Part shown: positions 12,118-25,447 of the stretch, piece by piece
Numbering within the stretch: the stretch's first letter is position 1
Layout of the letters: the number at the start of each line of letters is the position of its first letter
Source: Thelocarpon superellum
Lineage: Eukaryota
Direction: 5' to 3'
NCBI GenBank assembly: GCA_026025795.1
Contig: JAPEUG010000035.1
Span: forward strand, 1 to 64,000
DNA: 64,000 bases
The notes under the pieces: model-generated
Database searches by the model: none
What the model was told of the DNA's origin: nothing
The model's input: only the letters and a program-made list of their open reading frames with translations
Made by a program: the position numbers and the translations under genes

Positions 12118-13305
12118 GTTGTAGGTTCGGAGAGGATTGTGTGGTATAGACGAAGGGGGGCCTATTTCATTGTCTGAAAGGGCCGAGCGTCCGGGGTGGA
12201 TGACGGGCTCAACCAGACGTCGTTCCTTTGCGGATCTGCGATCTGCTGTCTGCTGTCTGCTGTTGGCCGCCTGCGGTTTTCGGGTCCTGCTCCGTCGCTG
12301 CACCGTCCCACGTAAGGGAGCCCCCCGTAACTAGCAGTCTATCCCGGTCGGCGCTAATCCCACCACGATTTAGTGCACGATCCGCCAGCGTTGTCACGAT
12401 TGACCACGCTGACTTCCAGTTGTTATCATCTACTCCCATCCACTCACCATTCACTGTCCGGCATCCATCGACCCCAATTCTCTTCCTCTTGCGTCATTCC
12501 CCTTCAAGCGCGACAGCGCTTGTTGCTCGGTGAATGCATCGCTTTAATGATGATAATGATGGCCGCCATACCCCGGTCGCACGTAGCACAACCACCATAA
12601 CAGCCCGGTAGGTTAAGGGTACTTCACTTCTTCTTCCGCCTCCTGCTTCAGCACGACTTGAGTTCTTGAACCCTCGAGTGTCACATTCTTTTGTTCGACT
12701 ACCACGCTCAAATTCGCTCTGGTGCATCTCCTGTTATGCACACGGCTGGTGAATTCTGCCTCTTACTTCCGTGCCCGTTTCATTCATCCCTCCCGTTTCC
12801 ATAACACGCTGCTCGCTTGAGCCAACATTCACGCCAAAGTACTTCGCGCCAATTTCCGTGTCAATACAACAGCGGTCTTCTGTCACACCGTGTCAACAAG
12901 CATACGTCAACTCCTTCCCCTCGCTCACCCTCCAAAGTCTTTTCCACAAATCATCTCGTCGTCGGCCTTCGTTGTTCTTCAGCCCATCATCCTGCCGTTC
13001 CCATCTGAAGTACTACCGATTCATCCCTGGTCAGTGCTTTCGTAACCATCACCAAGGTACCATTTGTCGTCATTCTGAAAACCCTCTCTGTTTGTGTCGC
13101 AATTCAGAGACGAAGTGAGGCTGTGGTCTCTCGGTCTCTCGGTCTCTGCTCTTGCTGTGATTCCTTTCTTCTTGCAACGATCGCATCCATTCCTCCCACC
13201 CCGGATCAACTCCGGAGCCCCTGTCTTTTCTCATCATACATTGGATCTACCGTCTCTCGTTATGGAAAAGCGGGTTTGAACAACAGTGGCTAATCTGCAT
13301 AGATC

Positions 13306-16300
13306 ATGGCACCTTTGACAATGGACGAGCCATCCTCCGACAAGCTTCGAGATCAACGCCCTCCGAGTCGCGAAAAGATGATGGAGATGTACAAGACGCC
13401 ACTGGCTGGCATCCAAGTCACCGAATCAGACACAGCAGTCGTATCTGCCGACCGCCTGATCCTCCTCGCTGCAGAGCACGCCAACCTGAGCGAGACCAAG
13501 TCTGCCGATCGAGATCAGAGCGAGCTCAAGTCCCAAGGAGAGCCTGAAGTCTTAGCACCAGAAAGTACCGTTCGCGAGCCATCTCAGCACATCCAGGCAT
13601 CTTACAAAGCTGGTACGCTGGTCATCTCCGGACTGACCGAGCAGAGATTGCGCGAAGCGCACATCGACCTGCGGGACCCGAGCCAGGCGATAGCCTCCGG
13701 CGACGAAACCGAAACCTCAGTGGCATACACCAAGAGTAGCACCAAGAAACGCCTTCGTGAGGATGACGATGAAGACGAAGCCGAAATGACTAGCAATGCG
13801 GGAGTCGTAATCAAGAAGCCTCGACGCAACGGCTACAAAGGCTACTCGCGCGGTAGCCGAACGTGGACCGCGAAGCAGCGCGAGAGCTTCAAGGCGCGGC
13901 AGCTGCAGAAAACGCTGGAGAAAGATCGAAAGTCCGACGCCCCGCTTGACTCTCTCGCCGGTTGGACCTTCCCTGGTGCCGATGAGCACGCGAAGCAAGA
14001 GCAATCACCCCATGCAGCGGAGCATACCGCGGCCTCTAGCATTCCGGATGCGACGTCGCAGCAAGCGTCCTTCGATCCACGGCAGAGCTCACGATCACCC
14101 ACCCGATCTCGAATCACGCGACTGAAGTTGGGCGCCCGCCTTCCACCCGACTCGGCAAATGCGAGCGATGTCTCCTCCAAACCAGCCGATCTCTCCTTCA
14201 GCAACCTCAAACGTCTCAATGAAGAGTTAAGCCGTTCCTTGATGAACCTGACCACCGCCGACCATCTGCTTCGCATTTCTGAAAACGGCGCGGATGCTCC
14301 ACATGGACTCACCAGCGAGCCATCCGTCCTCGACGGTCCCGCATTACCCACGCTTCCTGGAGCGAACGAGGTGTCGGCAGATGAGCACGACCACCAGGTC
14401 AGCCGACGACCGGGCCTCGACGCGATCCCATCCGGCAATCCTAGCGAAACCACTCTGATCCGATCCCCGTCACGAGCGTCTGCAAGGCTGGCGCGCCGAC
14501 CGCCCACCGCGGATGTTCGCCAACCCGATTCTCTCCCTACTTCGCTCGAAAAGGGCGTCCGCGATGCGGCCGCCTGGGCACCGACGTCCACAGCATTTGC
14601 ACAGACTGGCGAGACGCACCACCTTCTGCCGACGGTCGCGGATGGTCGACAAGACGTCACCACCTCGTCAGGCTCACGAGTATGCCCAATGTGCCAGGCT
14701 GAGATGTTGAGCCTCGATGTCTCGGTAAGCGGCATCTGTCCAAGGCGTAGGACCTCGCTCATGTGGTTTAGGAGTTTCGACAGCACGTCTGGACGTGCGT
14801 CGAGGAGCGTGGAGCATCTGATCTGGCCATGGGTGAGGGCGAGGAAGCCCGAGACTCTGTTGTCGGCGCAGATACCGGAACATTGTGGGGTCGTTCTTCG
14901 GCTCAACGATCCTCGCAGCGCCCAGAGGAGCTCCGGAGCGAGGTCCGGTCCAACCTATCCAGCATCGCGGCACGCCTGACCCCGATCGATTCCGAATCCG
15001 AAGCATCCGGATCTGACCGCCATGTGACCCTCGACGGTGTCGAACACGATGACTTCCCTTCCGCGTATACGGACGATGGCGCCGAGTCGCGAGAAGAAGA
15101 GGGATGTAGGGATGGGCCGCCGCTCCCCACGTTCCGCAAATTGACGGATCCGGCAAAGCTTCTAGCGGCGCTCGAGAGCCCGGAGGAGCGCTCGACCGAG
15201 ATGCTGTACGACGTGCTGGAGAACGTGGCCGAGGTCCTGAAGGTGTGGCAAGTAGAATGGACCGAGCTCGAGAAGACGGTGGCGATCAACTCACATCGGG
15301 AGGCGCGAGATCCACGCGCGCCCATGGACCCGGTGGTCTTTGACGACCAGAAGGAGGCGGCGCTGTACGGCTACCGCTGGGATCCGAATCCCGCGAAGAA
15401 AGGCATGCAAGATCCCACGACGCAGAAGCGGGGCACCGTGGTAGGCGGCAAGGAGCTCCGCAATCGGATGCAGAGCCTCAAGCGGGCGCATGCCGACTCG
15501 GGCGAAACTGGTGAGGTGGAGGGTACCGGTCGCGGGCGACCCAAGCGTGCGCGAGCGGCGGCCATGGATGCCGGAAGCATGCAAGATGCCGCTCAGTCCG
15601 GGCGTGAGAGCAGCCGCGCGACGAGGCTGCGGGCCGTGCGTCCCGCCGGTCGAGATGCTGGCACGCCCGACGCATCCGACGCGCCGCGGCGGCGGGGTCG
15701 CCCGCGCATCAACCGCCTCCCCTCTCGCGTGCAGGACCTGCGGCAGGCTCCATCCGGCGCCAGCACCGAGACGGAGATGGCGGCCGCCACCCCGCCACCG
15801 CCCAAGCGACGGGGTCGACCGCCCAAGAAGGCGACGGCCAGCGCCGCGGGGAGTCAGGCAGGGAACGTGGCGAGGAGCCGGCCCCCGGCCGCGACCGCGG
15901 CGAAGCGAGTCCGGGCCAAGATGGAGGAGGACGTGGACGCGGACAGCGAAGGCCCCAAGAAGCGGACCAAATCCGCCAAACGATCGGCGGCGATGCAGCT
16001 GTGGTGGAACAAGCGGAAGGGCTTGACGGCGGCGCAGCAAGGGCCCGCCGAGCGCGACGACGGAAACGGCGGTGACGTGGGCGGCGGGTCCACGGCCGCC
16101 GCCAGTCCCGCGTCGCAGCAAGCCCTTGAGCTGGCCATGTCTGCCAACCCGGCGCCGGCTCGAGGCCCGCCGGTCTCATCCCTCACCGAAGGCAGGTCAC
16201 CCACGAAGGTGGGGTCCGGTCCACGACGGCCTCAAGAGGGCACGTCTGTTATATCCGCGCCCGCGCCCACGCCCTCGTCAACGATCACGTCCACCGCCAA

Positions 16301-16598
16301 TGGAGCGGGCGCATCCGCGGCCTCCCGAGGCGATGGCCTGACGGAATTCGAGCGATTCCAGCGTCTGAGCAACGGCGATGTGCAAGGCGGACTGGGCGGC
16401 AAGCGGAAGCGGGCCAGCCGACGGGATGCTGACGAACTTGGCCCGGGGGACAATGAGGCAGGCGCGCAGCCGCCCATCCCGCCGCTTGATGGGGTCTACG
16501 AAGACGACCTCGAGGAGGAAGGAGAAGAGGAGGACGACTTTGATGACGATGGCGCTGACGACGGCGCGGACGACGGCGACTCCTGGGACGGAGAGTAG
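13306..16598 (+). CDS. Large low-complexity nuclear protein with AT-hook motifs and a putative C2HC zinc finger; intron 14725-14771
   Basis: GTAAGC..TTTAG intron joins ORF 13306 to ORF 14829 in frame. AT-hook-like GRGRPK, RRRGRPR, KRRGRPPK; acidic tail. Confidence 0.8.
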
Positions 16599-16792
16599 TC
16601 CATCTCGCCCCGCCCTGTCCGCTCAGGTCGGTCACATATATGTACCATAGCCGCGGTTGGCCCGTCTTCTAAAGCGGCTGTTACTCTGCGTCTCGATCTG
16701 ATGCGAAAGACGATACCATATTCTTGATGCGTGTACTAAACTGCGCACCTCCATGGTAGCCTGCGAGGGCCCCTTCGCTGCCAAACACCCGG

Positions 16793-18950
16793 CTACGACG
16801 CTTTTCGACTCGACCCAGCACCCAATTCACCTCGGGCATAGCTGCTGGCGCTCTCCGGCTCGACGCGCTGCAGCGCGCGGTACGAGGGGTCCCACATCTG
16901 CTCGCGGATCCACTCCGCAAGCAGCGCGTCGTCATCGGCGGGAATGTCGTCTTCCTGCGCCAGCCCTTCCTCCGCCGCTTGCTTGATCACGGCCTTGGCG
17001 ATCTCGACGCTGATCTCCCTCACGTCGGCCACGTCCGGGAGAAGTCCCTTGTCCGGGTCTTGCAGCGCGGGCGACTGGCGAGCGAGTGCCTTCACGGCCG
17101 CCACCAGCATCTTGTCCGATAGGAGTCGTGCGCGGCAGAGCACCGCGCCCAGTCCGATGCCTGGGAAACAGGTGGAGTTGTTGCATTCCGCTGCTTGACG
17201 CCTTAGCTTCTCAGGTCACGTCGTGGGCAAGCGATGAGTACTCACCAACTTCATATTTCTTGCCGTCGTGCTCGACCGGCGGAAAGGGACTTCCCGTTGC
17301 GATCAGCGCCTTTCCTTTCGTCCAGGCATTGAGGTCCTTTGGATCTGCCTCGTGCAAGCGGGTGGGATTGCTTAGGGGAAAGATGATGGGCCGGTCCACA
17401 TGCTTGGCCATTTCCTTGACAATCTCCTCGGTGAAGGATTTGGGACGTGTCGATGTGCCCACCATCACGTGGGGCTTGACGTTTTTGACCACGGAGAGGA
17501 GATCATCGTGCTCTTTTCCCTCCCACTCGCTGTCGTTCCGAGCAAAGGGCACCTGCGCGTGAGTGAGGGCGTCTCCCTGGGACTGGAGGAGTAGCCCCGG
17601 TCGATCGACACACCTGATCCAAGTCAGGGCCATTTTCCTGCCACGGCGAGGAACGGACTTACCAAATCTGCTTCGCGGCGTCCTCCTTCGACTTGCCGCT
17701 TTCCGCAGCAATAGCGTCTCGGACCATCTCCGCGATTCCGGTCCCAGCGCTGCCAGATCCAAAGACCACCATCCTCATGTCTGCGAGGTCGACTTTGCTG
17801 ACGTGTAAACCGCTCATGATTGCGGCCAACGTGACGCAGCCGGTTCCTTGGACATCATCATTGAAGCAGGCAATATCAGGGCGGTACTGGTCGAGGATGC
17901 GGCGGGCGTTAGGAAGAGCAAAGTCTTCCTTCGTAACGTCAGCAGTGTCGAGGAATCCCACCCTCTGCCTTACGCACAAAATGAATGTAGGCTCTGGGGT
18001 ATAGCTTGCGTGCAGACTTGACAAAAGTGCCGACGAACGCGTCATATTCTTTGCCGCGAACACGCGGCCGTCGTAGGCCCAGGTAGATCTCATCGTTGAG
18101 CAGCTGCTCATTCTGTGTCGTGCGTTAGCACCCGACATGGCTCGGATTCAGAGGAGCTCCTCACATCTGTTCCGCAATCGAGAACAACAGGAAGCGTGCG
18201 AGCGGGATGGATGCCAGCACACAAGGTGGTCAAGACTAGCTTTGCCACGGAGATCAAAATGCCTCCTACACCTTGGTCGCCGATCCCCAATATCTGTCAC
18301 GTAGATGATCAGAAGCTCGTCTGCCTCACAAGCATGGCTGACCCTACCTGTTCGCCATCCGTCACCACGATATAGTCAATATCTTCTGCGTCGCCGAATG
18401 TGGCGAGATTCCCCTCGATTTGATCTTGCTCCGTGATGTTGAGGAAGCATCCCTCGGGTCTTCGGAAGAGGGTCGAGAAGTTTTGAATGGCATCACCCTC
18501 AGTGGGCGTGTAAATGACGCTGAACATCTCTTTGAGATGATCTTGGATCAGCTGTATGCGACATTAGGACATCACCTGCGATCGAGACGGCTGTGTGCTT
18601 GCCCGATAGTAGAGCACCTGGTTCTGCTCCTTCATGCTCGTCATGAACGTATTTTTGGCCAACGGATCTTGTCGACTACTGTACTGCCGATAGGCTCTCT
18701 TGACCTGCTCGTCCAGCGTCTGCACATTGGCCGGTAGAAGGCCATTGAGCTGGAAGGCGCGGCGTTCCTCCGCTGGAAAGGCGGAGCCCTTGTTGAAGTA
18801 TGGCGATCGAAGCAGCGCGGCTCCCTATCAAGGACATCAAGGTTGTATCAAGACATGGCGAGGTATGAGGGAGTGTACCGTCAGTGCACATTTCTCGGGG
18901 CCGGATGTGGACAACGGCAGATGGGAGAATCGGGGGGTCTTGGTAGACAT
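16793..18950 (-). CDS. MAE1: NAD(P)-dependent malic enzyme, 8 exons (introns ~18825-18878, 18552-18602, 18294-18347, 18113-18164, 17929-17977, 17614-17662, 17191-17245)
   Basis: [80 protein letters not shown]. Confidence 0.95.
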
Positions 18951-20117
18951 GGTCGTGTGGTTACGTCGAGGGTATCGATACCACGAGCTGGCCAACCTAC
19001 GTGGTTGACAGCCGCGCAAGAAGTGCGACATACATCTGTCTCTGGAAGGAAGCGGAGAGGAAGGAGGAAGAGGAAAGATGAGCGAGGAATAGGCTGATCT
19101 TCGCTCAACAATTGTCGTTGAGGTGGATAGCTCCTTTGCTCCATGAAGGGCCCCGAAACTCTATAACCCCCCCCCACCTGACGTCACTCGTTGGCATACT
19201 AGTGGTATGCCAGCCATTATCTGCTCCCTACAGCGTTGACTCCTGGACCACCCAAATCTGCAGCCATCGTATTCTACCGACAAATGCTGGCTGTGTGGAG
19301 ACATGGATGTCCCTATCCCATGGCAGAGTTTCATGAAACACGGTCTTTGTTCATAGTGCAAGGCAGGCGAGACACCGATCCATCCAAGTGACACAAGTCT
19401 ACCGTAGGAGTCAGATGAGTTCGAATGGCATGGGCAACGACGTTCGGCCGAGAGCCGCTTGGATGTAGGTACGCCTGGAGTCACCGCACTGTGAAAGCAT
19501 CCGAGGAGCAGAGTGCGGGGAACTATGATGGTCCCTCTTGTTCTGGCAACCGGCGGTGGGAGCAGCATGAGCAGCGCCCCACCACGCGGGTCCTCAGTCT
19601 GCGAACGGTATCCACGCAAGACGCATGGGCCACCACCGCCTCTTTCGAGAAGATCCTGAGATGATTCGACGGACGAATCGTAGGTGACTGAAGACGGCGT
19701 TGCAAAGGTCAGAGGCGGTTGATAGTCTTGATCACTACGGGCCACCGCGTTGTAGATTTGTCAACCAGATTCATTTGGAATCATTGGCGAACGGACTACT
19801 TCTTTGTCGTCGCGATGAGAGGCGTGATGAGAATGCCGATGACACATGGCGACAGGGATGTGCTGCAATGCACTACTTGCACTCGTACGTGCGAGTGATC
19901 GTGATCTGCAGTCGGCATGCATCCCCGACCTCTTTCCCGTCGCTCCTGGTTTCGGCTGACGTAATCATTCAAAGACTGAGGCCGTGGTGTCCAGTTGCGG
20001 CGACACTTTCGTATTCCATTCCCCCCTCGCCGTCCATCAATCCCCTCGACGACCGTCATCATCCACATCGACTTTGGTCTTTTTTACGAAGCTCTTTCCC
20101 CTTTGGCGTCGCTCGCG

Positions 20118-21657
20118 ATGGGGAAGAAGAAGCGGGGTCATCCCGATGTAGAGGAGATCCTCGCCCGACCCTGGTGCTACTATTGTGAGCGCGACTTTGA
20201 TGACCTGAAAATTCTCATCTCTCACCAAAAGGCGAAGCACTTCAAATGCGAAAGATGCGGTCGTCGACTAAACACCGCTGGAGGTGAGTGCCTGGATCGA
20301 ACGACCTGCGCGTGCCCCTGGCTCGATGGTCGACTGATCCCTCGTCATAGGTTTGTCCGTTCACATGAACCAAGTGCACAAAGAGACTCTCACGACAGTG
20401 GAAAACGCCTTGCCCAATCGGTCCAACCTCGATGTCGAGATCTTTGGCATGGAGGGTATCCCGGAGGACGTGGTGGCGTCGCATCAGCAGCGCGTACTGA
20501 GCCAGATCCAGCAAGCCGAGGCGGAACGGCGGGCGGCCACGGGCAACCCAGCGTCTGGGACGGCGGGAGGGAGCGCGCCCAAGAAAGCCAAGTTTGAGTC
20601 GCCTGCGGAGATCAAGAAACGTTTGGCCGAGCACAAGGCCAAGGTCAAGATGTTGGAACAGGCAGGAGATGGCAGCAGCGGAGGCGTCACGCCGGGCGGC
20701 GGCATCGACCAGACCAGCCCGAGTCCTGGCATGGGTCAGAGCCCCGTGTCCTACGTACGTGCCTTCATGTTCCCCCTTACCTTGACCTATACTGACAGCA
20801 TCCCTCAGCCACAATCCGCATCACCCTCCTTTCTACAGCAGCCTACACCATATCCCCCACCGACCACCGGAGCCGTCTACCCTGCCTACGCACCACCGTA
20901 CGACCCCTCGGCCTTTCCGCATGCCCCTCCCGGCTTCTCTCCATCACAAGCACCGCCGGGAACAACGGCGGCAGGATCACATATACCTGGTTTTCCCCCG
21001 CATCCGGCCTCCGGCGCTCCTGGCTTTCCCCCGGGACCTCCCGGAGGAAATCGTCCCTTCACTGCGGTGGCCCCCCCGATGCCCTATTCACAAGGCTATC
21101 CTCCACCGGGCCGCGATCAGAGCCCTGCTCAGGTGGGGTCGCTCCCTCCCCGGGCGCCGAGTCTCCCTCCGACCGCACCTGGCTTGCCACAGCGGCCGTC
21201 CTTTGCCGCACCTCCCGTCAATGCCTTCCAGATGCAGCAATTGCATCAGGGCCAGGCCCTTGGCCCGCCGCCGCATGCGCCCGCCGAGGCTGCGCCTGGC
21301 GGATTCCCTGGCGGATTCCCAGGCGCATCTTCAAATGGGGACACGGGAGCGCCCGGGCTTGGATCGGCAAGTCTGGTCAGTCCACTGCAGAACACGACCC
21401 TCTCAGCGACACCCGGCCGAGACGCAGCGAAAGCGACGGAGCCAGCAGGTGAGAAGAAGGGCAAGAAGGACAAGGACAAAGCGACGAAGATGGTGTACTC
21501 GGATGACCAGGTTAGTCCGGAGGAGAAGATGGCGCGCTTGCCCAGGTACGCATTCGCTCCTTCTCGGAAAACGGAGAGCGTCTTGGACGATGCCACTACC
21601 GCTGCAGTCACGGGTGTGGTCACGGGACCCGACGATGTCGTGGATCGTCAGGGTTGA
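20118..21657 (+). CDS. ZNF207: BuGZ/ZNF207-family C2H2 zinc-finger protein with Pro-rich region; introns 20284-20350 and 20755-20808
   Basis: [66 protein letters not shown]-terminal [12 protein letters not shown]. Confidence 0.92.
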
Positions 21658-22492
21658 TCCTTGGATGCCGTGCGCGCGCCGAGGGGTCGTTCGTTCGCTT
21701 TCGCGTCGCTTGACTTCGGCGACTGCGGTCGGCTCGACGGCGACGGCGTCCGAGGCCGAAGCTACGCGCCATGCATAAGATCGCAGCTAAGTTCGACTGG
21801 CTTTAACCCGAAGATGTCATGTAGCCTCCTTTTTTTTCATCGATCATCGACAGTCTTGTGGCTGGTTTACGGGAGGATGGCGGGATGGGGCGTGTTGGGT
21901 GCCAGGAAATGTCCAGATGGTGAGTGGGACTGCTGTGCAGAAGGACGCTCCGTAGCTCGTGGCGGACGACGACTGATGGGTCGTGACCAAAGGGTCTTCC
22001 GCCGTGACCTCCCTCTCTTCGCACTACCCGTTTGCTGCGGTTCCCCTCTGTAAGTGCATCACCACCCATCACCGGTCCATCCTGCTGTACGTTGCGGGTA
22101 CCCTCAGTCCTGAAAGCTGTATTGTGCAGACAATCCATGGCTTCCATTGTCGTTATCACAGCGCATATCGTGCCCGAAACCCGTAGGACTGCAAAGACAG
22201 GTGCCATCTCCAATGACGTGTCAATGTATCGTAGTGATCTTGTCCCTTCGCAGACATCTGTGAAACGGGCGATGCATTGAGTAGAGCGGGAGAGTTGTGT
22301 GACCATGCGTAGGTCGAAAAGATTTCGAGGGTCATCCGAGGATTCAACACCCCACCATCCATCCGCCACTACCATCGCACACCAACCCACCTGTGCTCTT
22401 CCCGTCGCCCACCTCCGACGAGAGGGTCCGTTCCCTGCATAACCTCCCTCCCCACCACGCCGTGCATCGTCAGTCCACATTCGCCCACCGCT

Positions 22493-23119
22493 ATGGCCGA
22501 CACGGAGATGGACCTAGACCAGCCCGCCGGGGCCGAAGCCACGAACGGCACCGGCGACACCCGCACCCACGCCAACGCGACCGCAGTTCGATCGATCGAA
22601 GGCTGGATCGTGCTCGTCACCAACGTGCACGAAGAAGCCAGCGAAGAGGACCTGAACGAGCTGTTTGGCGCATACGGCGAGATCAAAAACCTGCACATGA
22701 ATCTAGACCGGCGGACAGGCTACGTCAAGGTGAGTTGTCATCGTCCCCCAATTACCATCTCACCACATTACCACCTTCTCTCCCCGCTGGACCGCAGAGG
22801 AAGAGGACCCTAGAGGGGAAATCTGGAAAAGAACATAGAAGAGCTAACCTCCGTCCGTCCTCGCCTTCAGGGCTACGCGCTGATTGAACTCTCGACGCTG
22901 GAGGAGGCCCGGGCCGCCATCGACGGCGCCCACAATTCCAAACTGCTGGACCAGACGCTCTCGGTGGATTTTGCCTTTGTGCGGCCGCCGCCAGGTGGAG
23001 GTGCCAAGGGGAGAGGAGGTGCGCGAGGTGGTCCGGGCGGAGGAGAGGCCGCCAAGCCGGGCCGGGCACGCAGTCGTAGCCCAGAGGGCCAGAAAAAGGA
23101 TACGGACGAGGTGTCGTGA
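22493..23119 (+). CDS. RBM8A: Exon-junction-complex RRM protein Y14; intron 22730-22870
   Basis: [56 protein letters not shown] tail; stop TGA 23117-23119. Confidence 0.95.
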
Positions 23120-23692
23120 TGTGACCGTGTTGTCTATCTCGGAGGTGTGCGTACGTGCGTGCGTACGAGGGGGATAGGTCGGCGTCCCGCTCGCCCATCT
23201 CAGCCAGACTGTCTGAGCCGGCTGGCTTTGATCCCATCTCAAGGCCAGTCGGCCGTTTGTATGCGGTGCCAGGGGTGAGTCCCGTCTATCGGAGCTGTGG
23301 CTCCCATCCAGGTTCTTCTCGCTCACCGGTTCTAGGAGCGGATAGACCATATCGTTGGATCATCGCGTCATTCACTACCCATGTGTCCTTTGGTCGTAGG
23401 GAGATATCGTGGGCATCTGAGATCGTCCGTGAAAATTCGAGGCTCGAAGCATGAAGGGTGGAAGCAAATGGACTGCTAAAAAATACACCTTCTCTGATGG
23501 CTTGTGTGAGAAGAATACAACACGTAGAACCCTACATACCCTGTCCTGTTCTCCTCCATGCCCGATAGATACCCCGCGCCGTGCGTCCCATATTCCTGTT
23601 CCTTTTTCCTGGCCCGATGATGTCCACTGAGCCATCCACCCATCCACCCATCCTTTCGTTCATACAGCTATTGGTCCATATATCCCCATTGC

Positions 23693-25447
23693 TCAAGATG
23701 AAAACTGCCCGATTTCATGATATGCGCGCAAAACCGCCAAGCCTCCTCCCTGTGTCTCCACCGTCCGACCTCTTCCTCTATCATTCACGTCTCCACCCTT
23801 GCCCGCACGATCGCTAGAAGCCGCACTGCTGCCGCGGGATGAGAGCCCGGTCCCCGCTGCCGCCGCGTCCTCCTGGTTCCGATAGTCTACAGCACCTTCG
23901 GGGATGTCGCCTCCTGGAGCATCCTCTGCCTCCTGCCGCGACGCGTGCTGGCCCCACCACATCCCGTACTTGCCCTCTGTGTTTCGCGTCATGTAGGCCG
24001 CGTGGGCGTTGTGCGTGATCCACGCTTGGTACGACATGCATTCCGCGGCGTGGAAGCGCGCGGTGTCTGGAGAAGCGGCGTAAGTGCGATTGGGAGTTCG
24101 TGGGATGTCTGGTAGAGCGGTGCAAAAGAGCGACAGGTGGTGGAAGAAGATCCCTTTGAAGGTCTGCGCGTCTTGTGAACATCGGCCTCGCGCGTCGCAA
24201 TACTCCTCCAGCACCCCGTTGCGGCCCAAGCCGGCCCACTGATCGCGCCGGCTTTCATCCGTGTCGTCGCGGAAACCGGTCGATTTGATGACCGCCCGGA
24301 TGAGCGCGTGTCCCTCGTCTAGAAAGCTTCGCGCCCCCGTGCTCTCCCACAACCCTCGGAGCCCCGATAAGAGTACGCCTTGGTTGTAGGTATAGACCAT
24401 CTCGTTTCGGTCGTCGCATTGGGTGTTGTGTGTGCCGTTCCTCCGTCGCACGTGGTAGCCGTCAACGAACAGGCCCGCTGCATTCGTCATATTGCTGGTG
24501 GACAGCCATTTGTAGGCCTCCAGGGCCGCGGCGAGGTATTTGGGGTCGTGCGCCTTGGCGGGTGGGACGGCCGACGACTCCATAAAGGGTGCTGCGATCG
24601 AGTCGCCTGGGAAAGATAGGTACATGCTCACACTTGCGGTGATAAACAGCTCGTTGGTGATGGCATTCTTATATGGGCGAAGGTAGGGGTTCCACACCAT
24701 CCCTCCGCCGCATAGCGACGTATCCCAGCCTTGTGAAGCAATGTCGTAGAAGATGCGGGCGCGGTGGGCCAGCGCCGGGATGAACTGGGCGCCGTACCAC
24801 GCATACGAGTCGTACTCGGTCGTGCCAGTGTATTTGGTAGGATAATGTCGGGATGAATGCATCTTGATAAATTTGATGCTTTCGAGCCAGCCCAAGACCA
24901 CCCAGAGCATGTCGTCATACGCCTCATTGCGGAGACCAAAGGCGTCTTGACCGTGGTAGTAGCCCATCACCTGGGTGAAGTACCGATTCACTAGGTTCTC
25001 AATGGCCAGGGCTTCATTGTTCAGGTTCGTGGTGGGTGATTGTGGTGACTGAGGTACGGTGTAGGATGCGGCCGATGAGAGGGTCATCAAGGCGGCGGAG
25101 ACGTAGGTGCCCAGCACCGCCCCCGTCCAGTCGATTGACTCAGGCCAGACCCCCTGCCAGACCTCGAAGAATTCCGATTCCATCACCTCGAGGGCGTCAA
25201 GCAATGCTGGAATGGAATCCATGGGCAGGGGCGACGACGTGGTCGAATTCGTATCGTCATCCGAAGGGGTGAGGCCGAGAGGCTGCTGCCACCGGTCGGG
25301 CGACCTGTTGTCTCGCTCCGTCGCCGTGTCATCGCATCGGGGAACCGCGGCGAAGGAGAGAACGGCCCATCCAAACATCAAGAGGATGAGAATCCATCGA
25401 CGACCCCTCCCGCCGTCGTAGCTTCGTGGAGGGTCCCGGAGAATCAT
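23693..25447 (-). CDS. Glycoside hydrolase family 76 (alpha-1,6-mannanase-like) secreted/membrane protein
   Basis: N-terminal hydrophobic segment; catalytic YDD motif (EAYDDMLWVVLGW); CGGGMVW, YKNAITNELF, YTYNQGVLL, QTFKGIFF. First ATG at 25447. Confidence 0.92.
   Translation of the reverse strand: MILRDPPRSYDGGRGRRWILILLMFGWAVLSFAAVPRCDDTATERDNRSPDRWQQPLGLTPSDDDTNSTTSSPLPMDSIPALLDALEVMESEFFEVWQGVWPESIDWTGAVLGTYVSAALMTLSSAASYTVPQSPQSPTTNLNNEALAIENLVNRYFTQVMGYYHGQDAFGLRNEAYDDMLWVVLGWLESIKFIKMHSSRHYPTKYTGTTEYDSYAWYGAQFIPALAHRARIFYDIASQGWDTSLCGGGMVWNPYLRPYKNAITNELFITASVSMYLSFPGDSIAAPFMESSAVPPAKAHDPKYLAAALEAYKWLSTSNMTNAAGLFVDGYHVRRRNGTHNTQCDDRNEMVYTYNQGVLLSGLRGLWESTGARSFLDEGHALIRAVIKSTGFRDDTDESRRDQWAGLGRNGVLEEYCDARGRCSQDAQTFKGIFFHHLSLFCTALPDIPRTPNRTYAASPDTARFHAAECMSYQAWITHNAHAAYMTRNTEGKYGMWWGQHASRQEAEDAPGGDIPEGAVDYRNQEDAAAAGTGLSSRGSSAASSDRAGKGGDVNDRGRGRTVETQGGGLAVLRAYHEIGQFSS

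Noticed and set aside
22871..22895. Y14 RNP1 ending in L (GYALIEL) instead of the usual Y
   Set aside because: A single hydrophobic substitution in an otherwise intact gene; not evidence of altered function.
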